A stretch of 64,000 nt of DNA from assembly GCF_022846255.1 (NCBI RefSeq), contig NZ_AP025682.1, one strand, 5' to 3'. Shown here piece by piece: positions 10,728 to 22,287 of this stretch. Position numbers and translations under genes: made by a program. The stretch comes from Escherichia coli (lineage in GTDB: Bacteria > Pseudomonadota > Gammaproteobacteria > Enterobacterales > Enterobacteriaceae). The notes beneath the pieces are model-generated. The model saw nothing but the letters and a program-made list of their open reading frames with translations. It was not told the DNA's origin and ran no database searches. Numbering within the stretch: the first letter of the stretch is position 1; every line of letters begins with the position of its first letter.

Positions 10728-10925
10728 ATGCATGCGACCATAGTGAAAAATAAAATCACGCAAAGAGACAACTATAAAGGGATCATGTCTGTAATTGTGG
10801 TTGTCTTATTACTGACCCTTACATTGATAGCCATTTTTTCGGCAATTGATCAGCTGGGTATTTCAGAAATGGGTCGCATTGCAAGGGATCTTACACATTT
10901 CATTATCAATAGTTTGCAAGACTGA
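10728..10925 (+). CDS. safA: SafA, small membrane connector between the EvgS/EvgA and PhoQ/PhoP two-component systems
   Basis: 65-aa product MHATIVKNKITQRDNYKGIMS…THFIINSLQD with one TM segment; directly upstream of ydeO. Confidence 0.85.
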   Translation: MHATIVKNKITQRDNYKGIMSVIVVVLLLTLTLIAIFSAIDQLGISEMGRIARDLTHFIINSLQD

Positions 10926-11000
10926 AAAATAAACAGCAAATTATAAATATGAAATGTTAAAAAAGTATCGATAAAAACTTTATTGTTTTAAGGAGATAAA

Positions 11001-11762
11001 ATGTCGCTCGTTTGTTCTGTTATATTTATTCATCATGCCTTCAACGCTAACATTTTAGATAAAGATTACGCCTTCTCTGACGGCGAGATCCTGATGGTAG
11101 ATAACGCTGTTCGTACGCATTTTGAACCTTATGAGCGGCATTTTAAAGAAATCGGATTTAATGAAAATACCATTAAAAAATATCTACAATGCACTAACAT
11201 CCAGACAGTGACGGTGCCTGTTCCTGCGAAGTTTTTACGTGCTTCAAATGTACCGACTGGATTGCTTAATGAAATGATTGCTTATCTCAACTCGGAAGAA
11301 CGCAATCATCATAATTTTTCAGAACTTTTGCTTTTTTCTTGCCTGTCTATTTTTGCCGCATGCAAAGGTTTCATTACACTATTAACTAACGGTGTGCTAT
11401 CCGTTTCCGGGAAAGTGAGAAATATTGTCAACATGAAGCTGGCGCACCCATGGAAGCTGAAAGATATTTGTGACTGCCTGTACATCAGTGAAAGCCTGTT
11501 GAAGAAAAAACTAAAGCAAGAGCAAACGACATTCTCACAGATTCTTTTAGATGCCAGAATGCAGCACGCAAAAAATTTGATACGCGTAGAAGGTTCAGTC
11601 AATAAAATTGCCGAACAATGTGGTTATGCGAGTACATCTTATTTTATTTATGCGTTCCGCAAACATTTCGGCAACAGTCCAAAGAGAGTTTCTAAGGAGT
11701 ACCGTTGTCAAAGGCACACGGGTATGAACACGGATAACAAGATGAGTGCTTTAGCTATTTGA
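11001..11762 (+). CDS. ydeO: AraC-family acid-resistance regulator
   Basis: 253 aa with C-terminal AraC HTH; position after safA. Confidence 0.9.
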   Translation: MSLVCSVIFIHHAFNANILDKDYAFSDGEILMVDNAVRTHFEPYERHFKEIGFNENTIKKYLQCTNIQTVTVPVPAKFLRASNVPTGLLNEMIAYLNSEERNHHNFSELLLFSCLSIFAACKGFITLLTNGVLSVSGKVRNIVNMKLAHPWKLKDICDCLYISESLLKKKLKQEQTTFSQILLDARMQHAKNLIRVEGSVNKIAEQCGYASTSYFIYAFRKHFGNSPKRVSKEYRCQRHTGMNTDNKMSALAI

Positions 11763-11810
11763 TTATTTGCTAACGAGTAGTCAACCACACACGCTGCGTA
11801 AGAATTAAAT

Positions 11811-11842
11811 GGGGCAGCCATTCCCTGCCCCGCGTTGTTTTT
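11811..11842 (+). terminator. Rho-independent terminator after ydeO
   Basis: ggggcag-ccattc-cctgcccc hairpin followed by gcgttgttttt. Confidence 0.7.
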
Positions 11843-12163
11843 AGGTGATATATTTCTTGAAATAAATAAGTGACAGCCATCACATATTTATGCATTTGCA
11901 TAACCCGTTGCATGATTATTTATGATCTCAATTCGGTATTTTGTCGGTAAAATTCAATAATTTGTTAAATATCAATAGATTAGTTGTTTATCAACGAGAA
12001 TTTACTTAGTAGAACAGAAAGTAATGTCAACAGTTTATGGACTGTTATTTCTCTTTTTTTAGCTAAATCTGCTATCTATTTATGTGACTAACTTCACTTA
12101 CATTAACTTATTTCTCTTCGTAAAATTACTTTGGAATTAAGTACAATAAGAAGAGGAACATTT

Positions 12164-13846
12164 ATGAAGTCTGCATTAAAGAAAAGTGTCGTAAGTACCT
12201 CGATATCTTTGATACTGGCATCTGGTATGGCTGCATTTGCTGCTCATGCGGCAGATGATGTAAAGCTGAAAGCAACCAAAACAAACGTTGCTTTCTCAGA
12301 CTTTACGCCGACTGAATACAGTACCAAAGGAAAGCCAAATATTATCGTACTGACCATGGATGATCTTGGTTATGGACAACTTCCTTTTGATAAGGGATCT
12401 TTTGACCCAAAAACAATGGAAAATCGTGAAGTTGTCGATACCTACAAAATAGGGATAGATAAAGCCATTGAAGCTGCGCAAAAATCAACGCCGACGCTCC
12501 TTTCATTAATGGATGAAGGCGTACGTTTTACTAACGGCTATGTGGCGCACGGTGTTTCCGGCCCCTCCCGCGCCGCAATAATGACCGGTCGAGCGCCCGC
12601 CCGCTTTGGTGTCTATTCCAATACCGATGCTCAGGATGGTATTCCGCTAACAGAAACTTTCTTGCCTGAATTATTCCAGAATCATGGTTATTACACTGCA
12701 GCAGTAGGTAAATGGCACTTGTCAAAAATCAGTAATGTGCCGGTACCGGAAGATAAACAAACGCGTGACTATCATGACAACTTCACCACATTTTCTGCGG
12801 AAGAATGGCAACCTCAAAACCGTGGCTTTGATTACTTTATGGGATTCCACGCTGCAGGAACGGCATATTACAACTCCCCTTCACTGTTCAAAAACCGTGA
12901 ACGCGTCCCCGCAAAAGGTTATATCAGCGATCAGTTAACCGATGAGGCAATTGGCGTTGTTGATCGTGCCAAAACACTTGACCAGCCTTTTATGCTTTAC
13001 CTGGCTTATAATGCTCCGCACCTGCCAAATGATAATCCTGCACCGGAGCAATATCAGAAGCAATTTAATACCGGTAGTCAAACAGCAGATAACTACTACG
13101 CTTCCGTTTATTCTGTTGATCAGGGTGTAAAACGCATTCTCGAACAACTGAAGAAAAACGGACAGTATGACAATACTATTATTCTCTTTACCTCCGATAA
13201 TGGTGCGGTTATCGATGGTCCTCTGCCGCTGAACGGGGCGCAAAAAGGCTATAAGAGTCAGACCTATCCTGGCGGTACTCACACCCCAATGTTTATATGG
13301 TGGAAAGGAAAACTTCAACCCGGTAATTATGACAAGCTGATTTCCGCAATGGATTTCTACCCGACAGCTCTTGATGCAGCCGATATCAGCATTCCAAAAG
13401 ACCTTAAGCTGGATGGCGTATCCTTGCTGCCGTGGTTGCAAGATAAGAAACAAGGCGAGCCACATAAAAATCTGACCTGGATAACCTCTTATTCTCACTG
13501 GTTTGATGAAGAGAATATTCCCTTCTGGGATAATTACCACAAATTTGTCCGCCATCAGTCAGACGATTACCCGCATAACCCCAACACCGAGGACTTAAGC
13601 CAATTCTCTTATACGGTGAGAAATAACGATTATTCGCTTGTCTATACAGTAGAAAACAATCAGTTAGGTCTATACAAACTGACGGATCTACAGCAAAAAG
13701 ATAACATTGCCGCCGCCAATCCGCAGGTCGTTAAAGAGATGCAAGGCGTGGTAAGAGAGTTTATCGACAGCAGCCAACCACCACTTAGCGAGGTAAATCA
13801 GGAGAAGTTTAACAATATCAAGAAAGCACTAAGCGAAGCGAAATAA
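12164..13846 (+). CDS. ydeN: Ser-type sulfatase (periplasmic)
   Basis: 560 aa with signal peptide; sulfatase signature S-x-P-x-R seen as VSGPSRAAIMTGR. Confidence 0.9.
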   Translation: MKSALKKSVVSTSISLILASGMAAFAAHAADDVKLKATKTNVAFSDFTPTEYSTKGKPNIIVLTMDDLGYGQLPFDKGSFDPKTMENREVVDTYKIGIDKAIEAAQKSTPTLLSLMDEGVRFTNGYVAHGVSGPSRAAIMTGRAPARFGVYSNTDAQDGIPLTETFLPELFQNHGYYTAAVGKWHLSKISNVPVPEDKQTRDYHDNFTTFSAEEWQPQNRGFDYFMGFHAAGTAYYNSPSLFKNRERVPAKGYISDQLTDEAIGVVDRAKTLDQPFMLYLAYNAPHLPNDNPAPEQYQKQFNTGSQTADNYYASVYSVDQGVKRILEQLKKNGQYDNTIILFTSDNGAVIDGPLPLNGAQKGYKSQTYPGGTHTPMFIWWKGKLQPGNYDKLISAMDFYPTALDAADISIPKDLKLDGVSLLPWLQDKKQGEPHKNLTWITSYSHWFDEENIPFWDNYHKFVRHQSDDYPHNPNTEDLSQFSYTVRNNDYSLVYTVENNQLGLYKLTDLQQKDNIAAANPQVVKEMQGVVREFIDSSQPPLSEVNQEKFNNIKKALSEAK

Positions 13847-13858
13847 CTAAACCTTCAT

Positions 13859-13886
13859 GCGGCGGATTTTTCCGCCGCCTTATTGA
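13859..13886 (+). terminator. Stem-loop between ydeN and ydeM (terminator or attenuator)
   Basis: gcggcggatttttccgccgcc hairpin; weak T-tract. Confidence 0.45.
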
Positions 13887-13897
13887 GCGAGATAGCG

Positions 13898-15055
13898 ATG
13901 CACGTTACAGCCAAGCCCTCCAGTTTTCAATGTAATCTCAAATGTGATTACTGTTTTTACCTTGAAAAAGAGTCGCAGTTTACTCATGAAAAATGGATGG
14001 ATGACAGCACTCTGAAAGAGTTCATCAAACAATATATCGCAGCGTCTGGCAATCAGGTCTATTTTACCTGGCAAGGCGGTGAACCCACTCTGGCTGGCCT
14101 GGATTTTTTCCGTAAAGTTATTCACTATCAACAACGCTATGCAGGCCAAAAACGTATTTTTAATGCATTACAAACGAATGGCATTTTATTGAATAATGAA
14201 TGGTGTGCCTTTCTCAAAGAACATGAGTTTCTGGTTGGTATCTCGATCGATGGACCCCAAGAACTACATGACCGCTACAGACGCAGTAATTCAGGTAACG
14301 GTACTTTTGCAAAAGTGATAGCAGCCATCGAGCGTCTGAAATCATATCAAATAGAGTTTAATACGTTAACTGTCATTAATAACATTAATGTCCATTACCC
14401 TCTTGAGGTTTATCATTTTTTAAAATCTATCGGCAGTAAACATATGCAATTTATCGAATTGCTCGAAACCGGGACGCCGAATATTGATTTCAGTGGTCAT
14501 AGTGAGAACACATTCCGTATCATTGATTTTTCTGTGCCTCCCACGGCTTATGGCAAGTTTATGTCAACCATTTTTATGCGATGGGTTAAAAACGATGTGG
14601 GTGAAATTTTCATCCGTCAGTTTGAAAGCTTTGTCAGCCGTTTTTTGGGGAATGGGCATACCAGTTGTATTTTCCAGGAGTCCTGCAAGGATAATCTGGT
14701 TGTTGAAAGTAATGGAGACATTTACGAATGCGACCATTTTGTCTATCCACAGTACAAAATTGGAAACATTAATAAATCGGAACTCAAAACGATGAACAGT
14801 GTACAACTGACAGCGCAAAAAAAACGGATTTCAGCCAAATGTCAGCAATGTGTATATAAACCTATCTGCAATGGTGGTTGCCCTAAGCATCGTATTACTA
14901 AAGTAAACAATGAGACTGTTTCCTATTTTTGCGAAGGTTATAAAATCCTTTTTTCAACCATGGTACCTTATATGAACGCCATGGTGGAGTTAGCTAAGAA
15001 CAGAGTACCGCTTTACCACATTATGGATGTTGCAAAACAAATGGAGAATAATTAA
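13898..15055 (+). CDS. ydeM: Radical-SAM anaerobic sulfatase-maturating enzyme homologue
   Basis: CxxxCxxC radical-SAM motif ([10 protein letters not shown]) and C-terminal Cys clusters; ~385 aa. Confidence 0.9.
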   Translation: MHVTAKPSSFQCNLKCDYCFYLEKESQFTHEKWMDDSTLKEFIKQYIAASGNQVYFTWQGGEPTLAGLDFFRKVIHYQQRYAGQKRIFNALQTNGILLNNEWCAFLKEHEFLVGISIDGPQELHDRYRRSNSGNGTFAKVIAAIERLKSYQIEFNTLTVINNINVHYPLEVYHFLKSIGSKHMQFIELLETGTPNIDFSGHSENTFRIIDFSVPPTAYGKFMSTIFMRWVKNDVGEIFIRQFESFVSRFLGNGHTSCIFQESCKDNLVVESNGDIYECDHFVYPQYKIGNINKSELKTMNSVQLTAQKKRISAKCQQCVYKPICNGGCPKHRITKVNNETVSYFCEGYKILFSTMVPYMNAMVELAKNRVPLYHIMDVAKQMENN

Positions 15056-15108
15056 TAACGCTCCCCCTTAGCTCCATTCTTAGCCTCCTTCTTATGACCT
15101 TAACAAGG

Positions 15109-15140
15109 CACCCGACATAAATTCCTGTCGGGTGTTTCGT
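15109..15140 (+). terminator. Rho-independent terminator after ydeM
   Basis: cacccgaca-taaattcc-tgtcgggtg followed by tttcg. Confidence 0.6.
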
Positions 15141-15345
15141 CTTCATCATCTTCCTTTGCGAAAATCCTGGCTTACGAGGTATGCGTCAGGGCATTAGCAA
15201 TACCCTTGATTATCAATAGTATAACCATAACCACTGAAAATTAAATATTTCTTTATATTTCATATTGTTAAATGATACTTAAATAAATTTCATCAGTATA
15301 TCATTGCCATAGATAATCATTGGGTGGCACAATCAATTTTCGCTA

Positions 15346-17031
15346 ATGATAACCATTCCCATTACGTTTTGTATGTTGATAGCAAAGTATCTCTGTCTGC
15401 TGAAGCCCTTTTGGCTGCGTAAGAATAATAAAACTTCAGTGTTGTTAATCATTATTATCCTCGCCATGATCCTTGGCGTGGTTAAAATTCAGGTCTGGTT
15501 AAACGACTGGAATAATGATTTTTTCAATGCGCTAAGCCAGAAAGAAACTGATAAGCTTTGGCAGCTTGTCCTTTGGTTCCCTGCCCTGCTGGGGATCTTT
15601 GTATTAATATCCGTAAACAAAACATGGTTAATTAAACTACTGACTATTCGCTGGCGCGAATGGTTAACAGATTACTACCTTAATCGCTGGTTTGCAGATA
15701 AAAACTACTACTTCACGCAGATCTACGGCGAGCATAAAAATACAGATAACCCTGACCAACGTATCGCTGAAGACATTCTCTTACTGATCAGCAAAACGCT
15801 CAGCCTTTCATTTGGCTTCATCCAGTCACTTAGCATGCTGATCACCTTTACCGTTATTCTTTGGCAAAGCGCGGGTACGCTCTCATTCACTGTTGGTGGA
15901 ACTGAATGGAGTATCCAGGGGTATATGGTCTATACCGTCGTGCTCATTGTGATCGGTGGAACTTTATTTACCCATAAGGTTGGTAAACGTATTCGTCCAC
16001 TTAATGTGGAAAAACAACGTAGCGAAGCGACATTTCGAACTAATCTTGTGCAGCATAATAAGCAGGCAGAACTGATTGCGCTAAGCAATGCTGAGTCTCT
16101 ACAACGCCAGGAGTTGAGCGAAAATTTTCATACCACTAAAGAGAACTGGCATCGTTTAATGAATCGTCAGCGGTGGCTTGATTACTGGCAGAATATTTAT
16201 TCGCGCTCGCTTAGCGTTCTTCCCTACTTTCTGTTATTGCCGCAGTTTATTAGCGGGCAGATCAATCTGGGCGGACTGATGAAATCGCGCCAGGCATTTA
16301 TGCTGGTATCGAACAATTTAAGCTGGTTTATTTATAAATATGATGAACTTGCTGAACTGGCTGCGGTTATCGATCGCTTGTATGAGTTCCATCAACTCAC
16401 CGAACAGCGCCCTACGAATAAGCCTAAAAATTGTCAACATGCGGTACAAGTGGCTGACGCGAGTATTCGTACTCCTGATAATAAGATCATATTAGAGAAC
16501 CTGAACTTTCATGTTTCGCCAGGCAAATGGCTATTGCTGAAAGGTTACTCTGGTGCGGGAAAAACCACACTGCTTAAAACATTATCCCACTGCTGGCCGT
16601 GGTTTAAAGGTGATATTTCTTCTCCTGCTGACAGTTGGTATGTGTCACAAACACCGTTAATCAAAACCGGCTTACTGAAAGAGATTATTTGTAAAGCACT
16701 TCCCCTGTCCGTAGACGATAAATCGTTGAGCGAAGTACTGCATCAGGTTGGTCTGGGGAAATTGGCTGCGCGTATTCATGATCACGATCGCTGGGGAGAT
16801 ATTCTTTCCAGCGGCGAAAAACAACGTATCGCCCTGGCTCGATTAATTTTACGACGTCCGAAATGGATATTTCTTGACGAAACTACCTCTCATCTTGAGG
16901 AACAAGAGGCAATCCGCTTACTGCGTTTAGTGCGAGAAAAACTCCCCACAAGCGGCGTCATTATGGTTACACATCAACCCGGTGTCTGGAACCTGGTCGA
17001 TGATATTTGTGACATTAGCGCGGTTATATAA
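15346..17031 (+). CDS. yddA: Fused ABC transporter permease/ATPase
   Basis: 561 aa; N-terminal TM domain, C-terminal Walker A (GYSGAGKTT) and ABC signature (LSSGEKQR). Confidence 0.9.
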   Translation: MITIPITFCMLIAKYLCLLKPFWLRKNNKTSVLLIIIILAMILGVVKIQVWLNDWNNDFFNALSQKETDKLWQLVLWFPALLGIFVLISVNKTWLIKLLTIRWREWLTDYYLNRWFADKNYYFTQIYGEHKNTDNPDQRIAEDILLLISKTLSLSFGFIQSLSMLITFTVILWQSAGTLSFTVGGTEWSIQGYMVYTVVLIVIGGTLFTHKVGKRIRPLNVEKQRSEATFRTNLVQHNKQAELIALSNAESLQRQELSENFHTTKENWHRLMNRQRWLDYWQNIYSRSLSVLPYFLLLPQFISGQINLGGLMKSRQAFMLVSNNLSWFIYKYDELAELAAVIDRLYEFHQLTEQRPTNKPKNCQHAVQVADASIRTPDNKIILENLNFHVSPGKWLLLKGYSGAGKTTLLKTLSHCWPWFKGDISSPADSWYVSQTPLIKTGLLKEIICKALPLSVDDKSLSEVLHQVGLGKLAARIHDHDRWGDILSSGEKQRIALARLILRRPKWIFLDETTSHLEEQEAIRLLRLVREKLPTSGVIMVTHQPGVWNLVDDICDISAVI

Positions 17032-17068
17032 AAACAATAAAAGCCCTGCTGTACGGAGATATAAATAA

Positions 17069-19441
17069 ATGAAGCGAGTTCTTATTCCTGGCGTCATTTT
17101 ATGTGGCGCTGATGTGGCGCAGGCCGTCGATGACAAAAATATGTACATGCATGTTTTTGAAGAGATGACGGTCTATGCTCCTGTCCCTGTACCCGTAAAC
17201 GGCAACACGCATTACACCAGTGAAAGCATCGAGCGTTTACCGACCGGGAATGGCAATATCAGCGATCTGCTGAGAACCAACCCTGCGGTACGCATGGATT
17301 CAACGCAAAGTACCTCATTGAACCAGGGAGATATTCGCCCGGAGAAAATCTCTATTCACGGTGCGTCGCCCTACCAGAATGCCTATTTGATTGACGGTAT
17401 TAGTGCAACGAATAACCTGAACCCAGCGAATGAGTCCGATGCCAGTAGTGCAACCAATATTAGCGGGATGTCACAGGGGTATTATCTTGATGTCAGCTTA
17501 CTGGACAATGTGACGCTTTATGACAGTTTTGTGCCAGTTGAATTCGGTCGCTTCAATGGCGGGGTAATTGATGCAAAGATCAAACGCTTCAACGCTGATG
17601 ATAGCAGCGTGAAACTGGGTTATCGCACTACGCGTTCGGACTGGTTAACATCGCATATCGATGAGAATAACAAGAGCGCATTTAATCAAGGTTCTTCAGG
17701 AAGTACTTATTACTCTCCAGATTTTAAAAAGAACTTTTATACCTTGTCGTTTAATCAGGAACTCGCTGATAACTTTGGCGTTACCGCTGGTTTATCGCGC
17801 CGCCAGTCTGATATCACCCGCGCGGATTATGTTTCGAATGACGGCATTGTCGCCGGCAGGGCACAGTATAAAAACGTTATCGATACTGCATTGAGCAAAT
17901 TTACCTGGTTTGCCAGCGACCGCTTTACCCACGATTTAACCTTAAAATATACCGGCTCCAGCCGTGATTATAATACCAGCACCTTCCCGGAGTCTGATCG
18001 CGAAATGGGTAATAAATCCTATGGTCTGGCATGGGATATGGATACCCAGCTCGCATGGGCCAAACTGCGTACCACCGTTGGTTGGGATCATATTAGTGAT
18101 TATACCCGTCACGATCATGACATCTGGTACACCGAACTTTCATGTACATATGGTGATATTTCAGGGCGTTGCACCCGTGGCGGATTAGGACACATTTCCC
18201 AGGCTGTAGATAATTACACCTTCAAAACACGCCTGGACTGGCAAAAATTCGCCGTGGGTAATGTTTCGCATCAACCCTACTTCGGCGCGGAATACATCTA
18301 TTCCGATGCATGGACTGAACGCCATAACCAGTCTGAATCCTATGTGATTAATGCTGCCGGAAAGAAAACTAACCATACAATTTACCATAAAGGTAAAGGT
18401 AGTCTGGGAATTGACAATTACACGCTGTATATGGCGGATCGCATTAGCTGGCGTAATGTGTCGTTAATGCCCGGCGTGCGGTATGACTATGATAACTATC
18501 TGTCAAACCACAATATCTCCCCGCGCTTTATGACGGAATGGGATATTTTTGCTGATCAAACCTCAATGATTACTGCAGGTTATAACCGTTACTATGGCGG
18601 GAATATTCTTGATATGGGATTACGTGATATCCGCAATAGCTGGACGGAATCGGTATCAGGCAATAAAACCCTGACGCGTTATCAGGATTTGAAAACGCCT
18701 TATAACGATGAACTGGCAATGGGATTGCAGCAGAAAATCGGTAAGAACGTTATTGCGCGTGCAAACTATGTTTACCGTGAAGCGCATGATCAAATCAGCA
18801 AAAGCAGTCGTACCGACAGCGCGACTAAAACCACCATTACTGAATATAACAACGATGGCAAAACCAAAACACATTCGTTTAACCTCAGTTTTGAACTGGC
18901 CGAACCCCTGCATATCAGCCAGGTAGATATTAACCCGCAAATTGTCTTTAGCTATATCAAGAGCAAGGGCAACTTGTCGTTAAACAATGGTTATGAGGAG
19001 AGCAATACCGGTGATAACCGGGTGGTTTATAACGGTAATCTGGTCTCTTACGATAGCGTTCCAGTGGCGGATTTTAATAATCCATTAAAGATCTCCTTAA
19101 ACATGGATTTCACGCATCAACCGAGCGGGTTGGTGTGGGCGAATACGCTGACCTGGCAAGAAGCGCGTAAAGCTCGCATTATCCTGGGTAAGACGAATGC
19201 GCAATACATCAGCGAATATTCAGATTACAAGCAGTATGTTGACGAGAAACTGGATAGCAGCCTGACCTGGGACACCCGCTTGTCCTGGACGCCACAATTT
19301 CTGAAACAACAAAACCTGACGATCAGTGCCGATATTCTCAATGTACTGGATAGCAAAACCGCTGTTGATACAACGAATACTGGCGTGGCGACCTACGCCA
19401 GTGGCCGTACTTTCTGGCTTGATGTCAGCATGAAATTTTAA
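17069..19441 (+). CDS. yddB: TonB-dependent-receptor-like outer membrane protein
   Basis: 790 aa, signal peptide, C-terminal aromatic residue (…DVSMKF). Confidence 0.9.
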   Translation: MKRVLIPGVILCGADVAQAVDDKNMYMHVFEEMTVYAPVPVPVNGNTHYTSESIERLPTGNGNISDLLRTNPAVRMDSTQSTSLNQGDIRPEKISIHGASPYQNAYLIDGISATNNLNPANESDASSATNISGMSQGYYLDVSLLDNVTLYDSFVPVEFGRFNGGVIDAKIKRFNADDSSVKLGYRTTRSDWLTSHIDENNKSAFNQGSSGSTYYSPDFKKNFYTLSFNQELADNFGVTAGLSRRQSDITRADYVSNDGIVAGRAQYKNVIDTALSKFTWFASDRFTHDLTLKYTGSSRDYNTSTFPESDREMGNKSYGLAWDMDTQLAWAKLRTTVGWDHISDYTRHDHDIWYTELSCTYGDISGRCTRGGLGHISQAVDNYTFKTRLDWQKFAVGNVSHQPYFGAEYIYSDAWTERHNQSESYVINAAGKKTNHTIYHKGKGSLGIDNYTLYMADRISWRNVSLMPGVRYDYDNYLSNHNISPRFMTEWDIFADQTSMITAGYNRYYGGNILDMGLRDIRNSWTESVSGNKTLTRYQDLKTPYNDELAMGLQQKIGKNVIARANYVYREAHDQISKSSRTDSATKTTITEYNNDGKTKTHSFNLSFELAEPLHISQVDINPQIVFSYIKSKGNLSLNNGYEESNTGDNRVVYNGNLVSYDSVPVADFNNPLKISLNMDFTHQPSGLVWANTLTWQEARKARIILGKTNAQYISEYSDYKQYVDEKLDSSLTWDTRLSWTPQFLKQQNLTISADILNVLDSKTAVDTTNTGVATYASGRTFWLDVSMKF

Positions 19442-19485
19442 TAGTTCGGATTTTACTTTACCGGGTAAATTCGCCCGGTTTTCGC

Positions 19486-22281
19486 ATGGAGATAATTATG
19501 AGAAACCTCTGTTTCTTACTGACGTTAGTGGCAACTCTGTTGCTCCCCGGGCGACTGATTGCCGCCGCCTTACCGCAGGATGAAAAGTTAATTACCGGGC
19601 AACTGGACAATGGCTTGCGATATATGATTTATCCGCATGCTCAACCAAAGGATCAGGTAAATTTATGGCTGCAAATTCATACCGGTTCATTGCAGGAAGA
19701 AGACAATGAGCGCGGCGTGGCTCATTTTGTAGAACATATGATGTTTAACGGCACAAAAACATGGCCGGGTAATAAAGTCATCGAAACATTTGAGTCAATG
19801 GGCCTGCGTTTTGGTCGCGATGTTAATGCCTATACCAGCTATGACGAAACAGTGTATCAGGTGAGTTTGCCGACTACGCAGAAACAAAATCTGCAACAAG
19901 TGATGGCAATCTTCAGTGAATGGAGTAATGCCGCAACCTTTGAAAAACTCGAAGTAGACGCTGAACGCGGCGTAATTACTGAGGAATGGCGTGCCCATCA
20001 GGATGCGAAATGGCGCACCTCTCAGGCGCGCCGCCCTTTCCTGCTGGCAAATACCCGTAATTTAGACCGTGAACCTATCGGCCTGATGGATACCGTCGCC
20101 ACGGTCACACCGGCACAATTGCGCCAATTTTATCAACGCTGGTATCAACCAAATAATATGACCTTTATTGTGGTCGGCGATATCGACAGTAAAGAAGCGC
20201 TGGCGCTGATAAAGGATAATTTAAGTAAGCTTCCGGCTAACAAAGCAGCTGAAAATCGCGTCTGGCCGACAAAAGCCGAAAACCACCTGCGCTTTAATAT
20301 CATCAATGATAAAGAAAACCGGGTGAACGGCATCGCACTCTATTATCGCCTGCCAATGGTACAAGTGAACGATGAGCAAAGCTTTATCGAACAAGCTGAA
20401 TGGAGCATGTTGGTTCAGCTGTTCAACCAACGTCTGCAGGAACGCATACAGTCGGGCGAGTTGAAGACTATTTCTGGCGGCACTGCGCGCAGCGTCAAAA
20501 TTGCACCCGATTATCAGTCGCTATTTTTCCGTGTAAATGCACGAGACGATAATATGCAGGATGCTGCGAATGCATTAATGGCAGAGTTGGCAACCATTGA
20601 TCAGCATGGTTTTTCTGCTGAAGAACTCGATGATGTTAAATCTACCCGCCTTACCTGGCTGAAAAATGCGGTTGATCAGCAAGCTGAGCGTGATTTACGT
20701 ATGCTGACCAGTCGCCTGGCATCCAGCTCATTAAATAATACGCCGTTCTTGTCGCCGGAAGAGACATATCAACTTTCGAAACGTCTGTGGCAGCAAATTA
20801 CCGTGCAAAGTCTGGCGGAAAAATGGCAGCAGTTAAGAAAGAACCAGGACGCATTTTGGGAGCAAATGGTAAACAATGAAGTTGCCGCCAAAAAAGCATT
20901 GTCTCCTGCGGCTATCCTGGCGCTGGAAAAAGAGTACGCCAACAAAAAGCTGGCGGCTTACATCTTCCCAGGCAGAAATTTATCGTTAACAGTAGACGCT
21001 GACCCACAGGCGGAAATTAGCAGCAAAGAAACGCTGGCTGAGAATCTGACATCATTAACACTTTCCAATGGTGCCAGGGTTATTCTGGCAAAATCCGCGG
21101 GTGAAGAGCAAAAGCTACAAATTATTGCCGTATCTAATAAAGGCGATTTAAGTTTCCCTGCGCAGCAAAAATCACTTATCGCGCTGGCTAATAAAGCAGT
21201 AAGCGGAAGCGGCGTTGGTGAACTCTCCTCTTCCAGCCTGAAACGCTGGAGTGCGGAAAACTCGGTAACCATGAGCAGTAAAGTCAGTGGCATGAATACG
21301 TTGCTCTCCGTTAGCGCGCGGACTAATAACCCTGAACCTGGTTTCCAGTTGATTAACCAGCGAATCACCCACAGCACGATTAACGACAATATTTGGGCAT
21401 CGCTGCAAAATGCTCAAATTCAGGCGTTGAAAACGCTCGACCAGCGTCCAGCGGAGAAATTCGCCCAGCAGATGTATGAGACGCGCTATGCTGATGACCG
21501 CACGAAATTACCGCAAGAAAATCAGATTGCACAGTTTACTGCCGCAGATGCACTGGCTGCCGATCGCCAGTTGTTTTCATCTCCAGCGGATATCACGTTT
21601 GTCATTGTCGGTAATGTCGCAGAAGACAAACTCGTGGCGTTAATTACGCGTTACTTAGGATCTATCAAACACTCTAATTCGCCATTAGCCGCAGGTAAAC
21701 CATTAACTCGCGCGACGGACAACGCATCGGTTACTGTAAAAGAACAAAATGAACCAGTGGCACAGGTTTCACAGTGGAAGCGTTATAATTCCCGGACTCC
21801 TGTTAATCTGGCGACGCGTATGGCGCTCGATGCTTTTAACGTCGCACTGGCAAAAGATCTACGCGTTAATATTCGTGAACAGGCATCTGGAGCATACAGC
21901 GTTTCTTCTCGCCTCTCGGTTGATCCTCAGGCCAAAGATATCAGTCATTTGCTGGCTTTTACTTGTCAACCAGAACGACATGATGAACTGTTAACGTTAG
22001 CGAATGAAGTGATGGTTAAGCGTCTGGCTAAAGGGATCAGTGAGCAAGAACTGAATGAATACCAGCAAAACGTTCAGCGCAGCCTCGATATCCAACAGCG
22101 TAGCGTTCAACAATTAGCGAACACCATTGTAAATAGTCTTATTCAATATGACGATCCTGCAGCATGGACTGAGCAGGAGCAATTATTGAAACAAATGACG
22201 GTAGAGAATGTTAACACTGCCGTTAAACAATATCTTTCTCATCCGGTGAATACCTATACCGGAGTATTATTGCCAAAATAA
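19486..22281 (+). CDS. pqqL: Periplasmic M16-family zinc metallopeptidase
   Basis: 931 aa; inverted zinc-binding motif HFVEH…E. Confidence 0.9.
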   Translation: MEIIMRNLCFLLTLVATLLLPGRLIAAALPQDEKLITGQLDNGLRYMIYPHAQPKDQVNLWLQIHTGSLQEEDNERGVAHFVEHMMFNGTKTWPGNKVIETFESMGLRFGRDVNAYTSYDETVYQVSLPTTQKQNLQQVMAIFSEWSNAATFEKLEVDAERGVITEEWRAHQDAKWRTSQARRPFLLANTRNLDREPIGLMDTVATVTPAQLRQFYQRWYQPNNMTFIVVGDIDSKEALALIKDNLSKLPANKAAENRVWPTKAENHLRFNIINDKENRVNGIALYYRLPMVQVNDEQSFIEQAEWSMLVQLFNQRLQERIQSGELKTISGGTARSVKIAPDYQSLFFRVNARDDNMQDAANALMAELATIDQHGFSAEELDDVKSTRLTWLKNAVDQQAERDLRMLTSRLASSSLNNTPFLSPEETYQLSKRLWQQITVQSLAEKWQQLRKNQDAFWEQMVNNEVAAKKALSPAAILALEKEYANKKLAAYIFPGRNLSLTVDADPQAEISSKETLAENLTSLTLSNGARVILAKSAGEEQKLQIIAVSNKGDLSFPAQQKSLIALANKAVSGSGVGELSSSSLKRWSAENSVTMSSKVSGMNTLLSVSARTNNPEPGFQLINQRITHSTINDNIWASLQNAQIQALKTLDQRPAEKFAQQMYETRYADDRTKLPQENQIAQFTAADALAADRQLFSSPADITFVIVGNVAEDKLVALITRYLGSIKHSNSPLAAGKPLTRATDNASVTVKEQNEPVAQVSQWKRYNSRTPVNLATRMALDAFNVALAKDLRVNIREQASGAYSVSSRLSVDPQAKDISHLLAFTCQPERHDELLTLANEVMVKRLAKGISEQELNEYQQNVQRSLDIQQRSVQQLANTIVNSLIQYDDPAAWTEQEQLLKQMTVENVNTAVKQYLSHPVNTYTGVLLPK

Positions 22282-22287
22282 TAACAG

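Noticed and set aside
12935-13555. 206-aa minus-strand ORF inside ydeN
   Set aside because: Antisense shadow ORF within a conserved sulfatase gene
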